A DNA stretch of 64,000 bases from Candidatus Kaiserbacteria bacterium (GTDB taxonomy: Bacteria > Patescibacteriota > Minisyncoccia > Phycocordibacterales > UBA2100): positions 23,231 to 87,230 of the forward strand of contig CP070993.1 of assembly GCA_017134395.1 (NCBI GenBank), read 5' to 3'. Every line of letters starts with the position of its first letter. Position 1 is the stretch's first letter. Of this stretch, positions 16,936-24,633 are shown piece after piece. Below the pieces are notes generated by a model. The model ran no database searches. It saw only the letters and a program-made list of their open reading frames with translations, and was not told the origin of the DNA. A program made the translations under genes and the position numbers.

Positions 16936-17535
16936 ATGAGCGCCAAATATATCATCGGCATAGATGAAGCAGGCCGTGGTCCTGTAGCTGGTCCTATTTC
17001 AGTTGGTGCTGTTTGTGTTGCTGTATCAGTTGTAATTGAACATGAGCTCTTTGCAAAAGGAATAAAGGATTCTAAAAAACTGACACCAAAGCGGAGGAAC
17101 GTACTGTTTGATTGGATTCATCAAAATGACAATCTACGACAAGGTGTCGGGTTGATTGGTTCTGATGTAATAGATGCGCAAGGTATTGTTCCGGCAACTC
17201 GTTTGGCAATGGAGAGTGCTATTGAGCAGGTTCTTCCAGGCGGGTGCAGTATGGATGATATCACTGTTTTGCTTGATGGAGGACTCTATGCTCCTGAAGT
17301 GTTTAAAAACCAAGAGACTATTGTAAAGGGAGATGAAAAAGAGGTAGTTATTGCACTAGCTTCAGTCATGGCAAAAGTCTCGCGAGATAGAGAAATGGAG
17401 AGGTTAGGACTCAAATACCCAGAATATGGGTTTGAAGGTCACAAAGGCTACGGCACTAAAGCTCATTATGCAGCCATAAGAGAGAACGGTATGTGTAAAG
17501 AGCACCGCAGAAGTTTTTTGACTCGGTTTTTGTAG
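16936..17535 (+). CDS. rnhB: ribonuclease HII
   Basis: IIGIDEAGRGPVAGPISVGAV is the RNase HII active-site motif; 199 aa. Confidence 0.9.
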   Translation: MSAKYIIGIDEAGRGPVAGPISVGAVCVAVSVVIEHELFAKGIKDSKKLTPKRRNVLFDWIHQNDNLRQGVGLIGSDVIDAQGIVPATRLAMESAIEQVLPGGCSMDDITVLLDGGLYAPEVFKNQETIVKGDEKEVVIALASVMAKVSRDREMERLGLKYPEYGFEGHKGYGTKAHYAAIRENGMCKEHRRSFLTRFL

Positions 17536-17559
17536 ATGCCTACTTTTAGTCGTTTCTTA

Positions 17560-17587
17560 TTGCCTTTTTTGTAGTTTTACGTATAAT
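17560..17587 (+). promoter_or_regulatory. sigma70-like promoter TTGCCT-N16-TATAAT; TSS predicted 1-2 nt before the rpmF ATG (leaderless)
   Basis: TATAAT at 17582-17587 and ATG at 17596. Confidence 0.55.
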
Positions 17588-17595
17588 CACTCACC

Positions 17596-17949
17596 ATGTC
17601 AGCACGAATGCGGGTAACCCGCGCACATACCGGTAATCGCCGTTCACATCACGCACTCAAAGAGCCACGTCTTTCAACGTGTGCTAAATGTAGTGCAAAA
17701 CACCTTCGTCATCGAATGTGTCCAGAATGTGGAAGTTATCGAGGACGTGAAGTTGTCGATATTGTCGCAAAGAAAGAATCTCGCATGAAGCGACGAGAAG
17801 AAAATATGAAAGCGCTTGGTGCAGAAATTGAGAAGCACGAAGAAGAAATTCATGACAAACCTAAGGACGAAAATCTGAAGACTGAAGGCAAGAAAGTAAC
17901 TGAAACAGTCAAAACAGCTCCGAAGGCAGAAGCTAAAAAGGAAAAATAA
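17596..17949 (+). CDS. rpmF: 50S ribosomal protein L32 with a C-terminal Lys/Glu-rich extension (117 aa)
   Basis: N-terminus MSARMRVTRAHTGNRRSHHALK...CAKCSAKHLRHRMCPECGSY carries the L32 zinc-ribbon. Roughly 60 extra C-terminal residues are rich in K and E. Confidence 0.8.
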   Translation: MSARMRVTRAHTGNRRSHHALKEPRLSTCAKCSAKHLRHRMCPECGSYRGREVVDIVAKKESRMKRREENMKALGAEIEKHEEEIHDKPKDENLKTEGKKVTETVKTAPKAEAKKEK

Positions 17950-17954
17950 AAAAG

Positions 17955-17981
17955 AAATACACACCCTCGGTGTGTATTTTA
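17955..17981 (+). terminator. Rho-independent terminator
   Basis: AAATACACACC-CTC-GGTGTGTATTT, followed by T. Confidence 0.65.
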
Positions 17982-18019
17982 CTAGTAGGGTTATGCTAGA
18001 ATCTAATTAATCTGTTCTT

Positions 18020-18916
18020 ATGTCAAATCGACACACCGCACGTTCTGTTGTTCTTCAAACTCTCTTCGAATTAGATTCGGAGGGAATGGATAGGTCTCGT
18101 GCTGATGACATACTCGTAAATAACGCAAACGAATTTGCACCAAACTCAAACCTGTTTCCATTTATGAAACAGTTGCTTGAGACAGCTCTTGCAAAACAAA
18201 CAGAAATTGACGCAATTATAGTTAAAGCTGCTCCTGAGTGGCCTCTTGAAAAAATTGCCGTAACCGACAGAAATATCCTCCGTTTAGGTTTGTCTGAACT
18301 TTTATATTCAGATCGCGGGCAAGTACCACCAAAGGTGGCAATAAATGAGGCGATTGAGCTTGGTAAAGAATTTGGTGGTGAATCAAGTGGACGCTTCATA
18401 AACGGTGTTCTTGGTGCTGTCTATAAGGAAATGGGAGAGCCTGAAAAAGAGCAAACTGGAAAAACTAAGAAAACGATAGACGAAGCAAATCTACGTACTG
18501 AAGAGATTGTTGGTGCTGTCGTCTATGCTGAAGAAGAAGGGCAGCTGTATGTTGCACTGGTTCATGATGTATTTGGACACTGGACTCTTTGTAAAGGAAA
18601 GCTCAAAGAAGGAGAAGACTCAAAAGCTGGAGCACTACGCAAGGTGAAAGAAGAAATTGGTCTTGAGGGAGAAGTCATAAGCGAGCTTGGTGAAAATACG
18701 TATGTCGCTTCAGATCCAAATGAGGGCAAAAAGAAACGTCATGGACAGTATCATCTTGTGCAGGTTCCTTTTGATGACTTGACTCTCAAGAGCGAAGGAG
18801 GTCTTGATGACGCTCAGTGGTTTAAACTTGCAGATATTATTGATCTTAATTTCTATGACGATATCTTGCCTGTGGTCACGAGAGCCGTAAATGTACTTGT
18901 GCAACATCGAACCTAA
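18020..18916 (+). CDS. nusB: NusB-like antitermination domain fused to a C-terminal NUDIX hydrolase domain
   Basis: Residues 1-140 resemble NusB (VLQTLFELD..., ALEKIAVTDRNILRLGLSELLY, INEAIELGKEFGG..SGRFINGVLG). Residues from about 165 carry the Nudix box GKLKEGEDSKAGALRKVKEEIGLEG. Confidence 0.75.
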   Translation: MSNRHTARSVVLQTLFELDSEGMDRSRADDILVNNANEFAPNSNLFPFMKQLLETALAKQTEIDAIIVKAAPEWPLEKIAVTDRNILRLGLSELLYSDRGQVPPKVAINEAIELGKEFGGESSGRFINGVLGAVYKEMGEPEKEQTGKTKKTIDEANLRTEEIVGAVVYAEEEGQLYVALVHDVFGHWTLCKGKLKEGEDSKAGALRKVKEEIGLEGEVISELGENTYVASDPNEGKKKRHGQYHLVQVPFDDLTLKSEGGLDDAQWFKLADIIDLNFYDDILPVVTRAVNVLVQHRT

Positions 18917-18946
18917 AAATATGGTATTTTGGGGGAAACTATAATC

Positions 18947-19636
18947 ATGAAAGATTTCTCAGAATTTGAAAAAAGAGTCGGATTTACCTTCAAAAATAAA
19001 GAACTCATAAAAACGGCATTTACACACCGTTCGTTTGTAAATGAAAATAGGGAGGTAGCAAAAGAACACAATGAACGTTTGGAGTTTTTGGGTGACGCAG
19101 TACTTGAGTTGGTCATTACTGATTTTCTATATAATAAATACCCAGAACGACCCGAAGGTGAACTTACCGCGTTTCGTGCATCATTGGTGAACACGCAAAG
19201 TATTTCAGCGGCTGCAACAGAACTTGGCATGAACGATTTTCTATTGCTATCTAGAGGTGAAGCAAAAGACACAGGGCGCGCACGGCAATATATTCTTGCC
19301 AATACATTTGAAGCGTTTATTGGTGCACTGTATCTGGATCAACAGTATGATGCTGCACGGAAATTTATTGAACAGACACTTTTCGGAAAGATTGAGAAAA
19401 TAGTAGAGGAGCGATTATGGCAAGATGCCAAAAGTTTCTTCCAAGAGAAAGTACAAGAAGAATATTCCGAAACACCTTCATACGAATTAGCAGGAGAGGC
19501 AGGGCCAGATCATGATAAAAAATTTATTGTTGCAGCATTAATTGCTGGAAAGGCAGTTGCACAAGGGGAAGGGCGTTCAAAACAAGAGGCGGAACAGGCG
19601 GCGGCTAAGAAGGCTATTGAGGTAAAAGGTTGGTAA
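18947..19636 (+). CDS. rnc: ribonuclease III
   Basis: ERLEFLGDAVLELVITDFLYNKYP is the RNase III signature, with a dsRBD at the C-terminus. SD GGGGGA before ATG 18947; the listed start 18929 is an upstream extension. Confidence 0.9.
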   Translation: MKDFSEFEKRVGFTFKNKELIKTAFTHRSFVNENREVAKEHNERLEFLGDAVLELVITDFLYNKYPERPEGELTAFRASLVNTQSISAAATELGMNDFLLLSRGEAKDTGRARQYILANTFEAFIGALYLDQQYDAARKFIEQTLFGKIEKIVEERLWQDAKSFFQEKVQEEYSETPSYELAGEAGPDHDKKFIVAALIAGKAVAQGEGRSKQEAEQAAAKKAIEVKGW

Positions 19637-19781
19637 TTTCTTGAGTTTTTCAGCGCACTGCGTTGTTGCTCTTCGCAAAAGTTTAATCACTGTGTGTTTA
19701 CACAGCTCACTCACTTTTACTTGAGCGCCTAGCATTGCATTAAAAAACTCAAGAAATTCAGTATCTGCAAGAGTAAAGAAA

Positions 19782-19816
19782 AAGAATCCCTGCTTTAAAG
19801 CAAGGATTCTTTTTTG
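19782..19816 (+). terminator. Rho-independent terminator
   Basis: GAATCCCTGC-TTTA-AAGCAAGGATTC followed by TTTTTT. Confidence 0.7.
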
Positions 19817-19871
19817 CAACGGGGATAGATAGCTACAATCTATTGTTCATTTGCTATAAACTAGTGCATAC

Positions 19872-22025
19872 ATGTATCTTAAATCGATTGAGTTATCTGG
19901 TTTTAAATCTTTTGCGAAGAAGTGTGAACTCACCTTTTCTTCACCAATAGCTGGAATTGTTGGCCCTAACGGTTCTGGAAAAAGTAACACTGCTGAAGCG
20001 TTTCGTTTTGTATTAGGAGAGCAGTCAATGAAAGCAATGCGAGGTAAGCGTGGCCCTGACCTTATTTGGTCTGGAAACGAGAGGACGCCTGCAGCAAACC
20101 GTGCACGTGTTGCGATGGTTTTTGATAATAAACAACAATTGCTCGATATTGATTTCGATGAAGTTGTTCTTGAACGTATTGTTCATCGAGATGGCGCAAA
20201 CGAATATGCCATTAACGGAAGCAAGGTCCGCCTAAAAGACATAACGGCGTTGCTTTCTGGTGCTAAAATCGGAGCTTCTGGGCACCACATTATTTCACAA
20301 GGAGAAGCTGATAGAATTCTTGGGGCTTCTGAAAAGGAGCGACGTGAGATTATAGAAGAGGCACTTGGTTTAAAAACATATCAATACAAAAAAGTTGAAA
20401 GTGAGAAGAAACTTGAGAAGACTGCGGAGAATGTAAAAGAGGTTAAAATACTGAGGCGAGAAATTGCCCCGCATCTTACGTTCCTAGAACGACAAATGAA
20501 GAAACTAGAGCGCTCCCGTGAGTTAAAGCAGCACATAAAAGAGTCCTACAGCACGTATATTGGACACGAGAGGCGTTTTATAGCTAGTGAGGTACAAAGG
20601 CTCGCTTCTAGTCGTATTGAGCCCCAGAATGAGTTAAAAAAATTAAAAGAAGAATTAGCTCAAGAAGTAGAACCTACACAGGTATCCGCCAGTACAAATG
20701 AACTTGAAGCACTCGATAGACGCGCACGAAGTTTAATTGAAGAAAAAGGAAAGCTCGAACATGCTCGTGGAAGAGTTGAAGGCCAAATTGCATTAGTAGG
20801 TAAAACACAAACAGAGTCGAAGGAGCACGTCGTGCGGTCTGTTCCCTTTGTGAAAGTAGAAGATTTCCTTACACAGGTGCGACAAAAAATAGAAGCAGCA
20901 CACGAAGACGTTTCTGCATTAAAAACAATAGTCGAGAATATAGGTTCTTTTTTAGAGCAATTTAAAGACACACAAGAACCTGAGCCACAAAACACAAAAC
21001 TACTGCACTCACTTGAAGAGGAGTTGCGCGAAATACAAGAGTCACTGGCTTCACTTGCTAGTGAGGAGATAGCTCTTAGTGTTTCAAGAACGAATGCTTT
21101 GGATGAAATAGCACAAAAACAAGCGCGAGAGAAAGAAAGTCAGAAACGGTATTTTGAAATAAAAGAAGCAAAGCGAGATATCGAACGTGTGCTCGAAGAT
21201 ATTTCACGAGAAGAACAAGTACTTGAAGCTTCTCGGGAGAACCTTAAAAAAATTGAATATAAGGCACAAGATATTGGAGTTGAGGTTAATGAGATACCAG
21301 AAGATTCGATACGTTCTCGTACTGAACAAGATGACGCACTGAGAGAGATTGAGCGCATGGAGGCACGTCTTGAAGAGTCTGGTTTTGTAGATGAAGATAC
21401 AATACGAGAATACGAAGAAACAAAGCGACGCGACGCTTTTCTTGAGAGAGAAATAGCAGATCTTGAGGCTTCACAAAAAACACTTATTGAAATAATAGAG
21501 AGTTTGGATGGAGAAATTTCAGTTCGTTTTGAAGAAGGGTTGAACAAAATAAACGAGGAGTTTCAGAAGTTCTTCGCGATGCTATTTGATGGAGGAACTG
21601 CGACTTTGAAATTGGTAAAGAAGGTAAAGAAAAACGAAGAAGAGAGTGAAGAAGAAGTAGAAGAGGTTAAAGATGGAATAGAAATACGAGTTCAATTACC
21701 ACGTAAAAAAGTAACAACCCTCGACGTGCTCTCAGGTGGAGAGAGGGCACTTACATCGATTGCGCTCATTTTTGCTATGAGCCAAGTTAACCCACCACCG
21801 TTTATTATTCTTGATGAAACCGACGCCGCGCTTGATGAGGCAAACTCACGCAAATATGCTGATATGGTAAAAACACTTTCGCAGAGGAGTCAGCTTATTC
21901 TCATTACACACAACCGCCAAACAATGGAAGCAGCAGGGGAGTTGTACGGAGTCACTATGGGAAACGACGGAATATCAAAGCTTCTTTCAGTGAAGTTTGA
22001 TGAGGCAGTGAGTGTGGCTAAGTAG
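19872..22025 (+). CDS. smc: SMC-family chromosome segregation ATPase, unusually short (717 aa), no obvious canonical hinge
   Basis: N-terminal head MYLKSIELSGFKSFAKK...GIVGPNGSGKSN (Walker A). C-terminal signature and Walker B LSGGERALTSIALIFAMSQVNPPPFIILDETDAALD...ILITHNRQTMEAAGELYGVTM. Bacterial SMC is usually about 1150-1200 aa. Confidence 0.8.
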   Translation: MYLKSIELSGFKSFAKKCELTFSSPIAGIVGPNGSGKSNTAEAFRFVLGEQSMKAMRGKRGPDLIWSGNERTPAANRARVAMVFDNKQQLLDIDFDEVVLERIVHRDGANEYAINGSKVRLKDITALLSGAKIGASGHHIISQGEADRILGASEKERREIIEEALGLKTYQYKKVESEKKLEKTAENVKEVKILRREIAPHLTFLERQMKKLERSRELKQHIKESYSTYIGHERRFIASEVQRLASSRIEPQNELKKLKEELAQEVEPTQVSASTNELEALDRRARSLIEEKGKLEHARGRVEGQIALVGKTQTESKEHVVRSVPFVKVEDFLTQVRQKIEAAHEDVSALKTIVENIGSFLEQFKDTQEPEPQNTKLLHSLEEELREIQESLASLASEEIALSVSRTNALDEIAQKQAREKESQKRYFEIKEAKRDIERVLEDISREEQVLEASRENLKKIEYKAQDIGVEVNEIPEDSIRSRTEQDDALREIERMEARLEESGFVDEDTIREYEETKRRDAFLEREIADLEASQKTLIEIIESLDGEISVRFEEGLNKINEEFQKFFAMLFDGGTATLKLVKKVKKNEEESEEEVEEVKDGIEIRVQLPRKKVTTLDVLSGGERALTSIALIFAMSQVNPPPFIILDETDAALDEANSRKYADMVKTLSQRSQLILITHNRQTMEAAGELYGVTMGNDGISKLLSVKFDEAVSVAK

Positions 22026-22034
22026 TTGCACTTT

Positions 22035-24509
22035 TTATTTACCTGCAAGAAATTTTTCAAGTGCTACAAGGAATTCTTCCGGATTCTTTGGGAACGGTAT
22101 CGATTTAATAGTTGGAGGCATACCCTCTTTCTTGTGTTTAGCAATCAATGAAATACTTCCTGTTGTTTTGTACTGGAAATCATTCGGCCATCTAGACAAG
22201 TTGTTCATCTTCTGGATGGCATTTAAGATACCAGAAACTAATGTTATTTTACGCACATGCTCCCTATCCTTTCTAATTTTTTCAGGAAAAGCGTCAAGAT
22301 TAAAACTTTTGTGAATTTTATTAACGCGTTCTTTATTTTTCGTTTCATTAATCTTGGTTTCTGCTTTTGCGGCAGTAGGTTTTTCTAGAAGTTTAGATCC
22401 TTCTTTACTATCAGAGCTAGCAACAAGATCCCATTCAACACGACGTTTAGCGAAGTCAACGTTACTGGCTTTCACTTTTACATTCCTACCAACCTTCAAT
22501 TCTTCGCCAGTTGTTTTGTTTTCGAAGCGACGAGGGCTGTCTTTAAAGATCCATCCGTCTTTGTTTAGATTACGAGCTGGTATAAGGCCATATGCAGTTG
22601 TAGATTTATCCATAACAAATACTCCGTAGTCAAAAATATTGGCTACCTTACCTTTGCGCCGGTCATTTCTATCATCTTCAATAATCTTAAGTTGCATTAA
22701 CTTTGCTGAATCCCTTTCTGCATTGTTTGCAGCAATAGTTTGGTGAGTTAACTTTACCGTTAAATCGATATACTCTTGAGCTTCTCGTTGGGTTAGCGGC
22801 TCACTTCCAGAAATGGTATGTAGTGAAAGTATTCGATGAAGAATAAAATCAGAGTATCGACGAATAGGGGATGTGAAGTGGGCGTATATTGTCATTGCGA
22901 GCGCAAAGTGCCCAATGTTTTCGCTACTATACATTGCACGATACATAATTCCAAACATCTCTCTTCGTACGAAGTCTTCTTGCTGGGTACCCTCGATATT
23001 TATGAGTACTTCATCAAAGTCTTTTTGGGTTACGTCTTGAGGTTTTCTTGTAAGCCAATGCTTCTTTCGTGCAGGCGGAAATCCTAAGTCGGTAAGGTAT
23101 GTGTCAAATTCTGCCACTTTTTCTGGATCTGGTTCTTGTTGTACACGATAGATAGAGAAGTTAGTCGGTGAATCTTTCTTTTTGTTCGCAATAGACTTAC
23201 TGATAATCTCTGGGGTTGCATTGTTGGATAAGACCATGAGTTCTTCGATCATTTTCATAGTATTGTATTTCTCCTCTTTAGAAATACTTTGAGGACGCCC
23301 CTGTCTATCAAAATTAATCTTCGATTCGTTTCTGTCTCGGGATTCGTCAACACCCTGTCCAGTACGATTTTCTCGATGTTTTGCAGTCAATTCCCATACG
23401 GTTTTCAATGCATTCTCCAATGGGTCGGTACTTTTTGTTCCAGCGAGGAAAGATTTAATTTGACCACCAAAAGTGTTTTTATTGTTAATAAGATCTTGGG
23501 CACCTTTGTAGGTGAAGCGTTTATCAGACTTTATGATTGTCTTCATCACTTGTGTCTTTTTTTCTTTAACGATTCCATTTTTGTCCATGACGAAAATGAT
23601 TGAGAAGGCACGTTTTTCTTCGTCAGGATTTAGGCTGCAGAGTTCGTTAGATATTTCTTCAGGAAGCATAGGAATGGTGCGATCAGGTAAATACACCGTA
23701 GTACCTCGTTTGCGTGCTTCCTTATCGATTGCAGAATCGGGTTGTATGTAATGCGTTGGGTCAGCAATGTGGACACCAATTTCGTAGGTACCATTTTTTA
23801 AATCTTTGAAAGAAATAGCATCATCAAAATCTTTCGCACTTTTTGGATCGATGGTAAACGTTAGTCTGTCTCGAAAATCTTCCCGTTCTTCACCTTCGTC
23901 GAGAATTATTTCACCTTCTGGTGTCATCATTCGTTTAGAATGTTCTGAAATTTGCTTTGCTTCTTTAAGTACCTCAGTAGGGAAACGATCAGGAAAACCG
24001 TGCTCTATTGCAATTACTGCGGCTTCACTGTCGAAATCACCTTCTTTTCCAGCAGTTCTCTTGAAGCGTACTTTGGGACGTTGTTTAGGATCGTTCCATT
24101 CGATGAGTTCAAGAATAACCTGATCTCCTTTTTTTACATTTGGATGGAGACCATCTACTATCTCAAAGGGAGGGTGTTCACGATTGATTCTCCGAGTGCT
24201 TATTCTAATGTTGCTACCATTTCTTTCTTGTATGGCTCCAACAAATTCAGCTTGTTTTCGTTTTTTAACCCCCATTACTACCGCCTCCCTTTGTTGACCT
24301 CTTTTTTTAGGAAGTACTCGGATAACAACTTCGTCACCAGAGAATGCAGTACCTAAGTTTTCGGGTTTAATTCGAATTTGTTCTGCGATGTTTGGTATTG
24401 TGGCGAAACCACGACCGTTATGATCAATAGATACAAAGCCAGTTGGGTTTTTTATGTTTTCTAGACTTTCTTTTTTACGTAATATCCTGTCGATTCCCAT
24501 AACACTCAA
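22035..24509 (-). CDS. rnr: RNase R / RNase II family 3'-5' exoribonuclease with a long basic C-terminal extension (824 aa)
   Basis: RNB catalytic domain motifs (DPKSAKDFDDAISF, HFALAMTIYAHFTSPIRRYSDFILHR), an S1-like region, then a K-rich tail. Convergent with smc, with only about 9 nt between stops. Confidence 0.85.
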   Translation of the reverse strand: MSVMGIDRILRKKESLENIKNPTGFVSIDHNGRGFATIPNIAEQIRIKPENLGTAFSGDEVVIRVLPKKRGQQREAVVMGVKKRKQAEFVGAIQERNGSNIRISTRRINREHPPFEIVDGLHPNVKKGDQVILELIEWNDPKQRPKVRFKRTAGKEGDFDSEAAVIAIEHGFPDRFPTEVLKEAKQISEHSKRMMTPEGEIILDEGEEREDFRDRLTFTIDPKSAKDFDDAISFKDLKNGTYEIGVHIADPTHYIQPDSAIDKEARKRGTTVYLPDRTIPMLPEEISNELCSLNPDEEKRAFSIIFVMDKNGIVKEKKTQVMKTIIKSDKRFTYKGAQDLINNKNTFGGQIKSFLAGTKSTDPLENALKTVWELTAKHRENRTGQGVDESRDRNESKINFDRQGRPQSISKEEKYNTMKMIEELMVLSNNATPEIISKSIANKKKDSPTNFSIYRVQQEPDPEKVAEFDTYLTDLGFPPARKKHWLTRKPQDVTQKDFDEVLINIEGTQQEDFVRREMFGIMYRAMYSSENIGHFALAMTIYAHFTSPIRRYSDFILHRILSLHTISGSEPLTQREAQEYIDLTVKLTHQTIAANNAERDSAKLMQLKIIEDDRNDRRKGKVANIFDYGVFVMDKSTTAYGLIPARNLNKDGWIFKDSPRRFENKTTGEELKVGRNVKVKASNVDFAKRRVEWDLVASSDSKEGSKLLEKPTAAKAETKINETKNKERVNKIHKSFNLDAFPEKIRKDREHVRKITLVSGILNAIQKMNNLSRWPNDFQYKTTGSISLIAKHKKEGMPPTIKSIPFPKNPEEFLVALEKFLAGK

Positions 24510-24633
24510 AATTACGTGCTAAATATACTTTTAGAATAGCATTATTGAAATTACATACTAGCAGTGTATATGTAAAAATAGTGTCAGACGTATTATTCCG
24601 GGCATTATTTCTTATACAATCTAAAAAAGTTAT

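Noticed and set aside
16779-16967. 62-aa ORF overlapping the small SD-led ORF and the rnhB start
   Set aside because: It spans a terminator hairpin (16867-16901) and overlaps the rnhB start, so it is unlikely to be real.
22012-22314. 100-aa plus-strand ORF overlapping the smc end and the rnr 3' region
   Set aside because: It overlaps two confident genes and has no start context.
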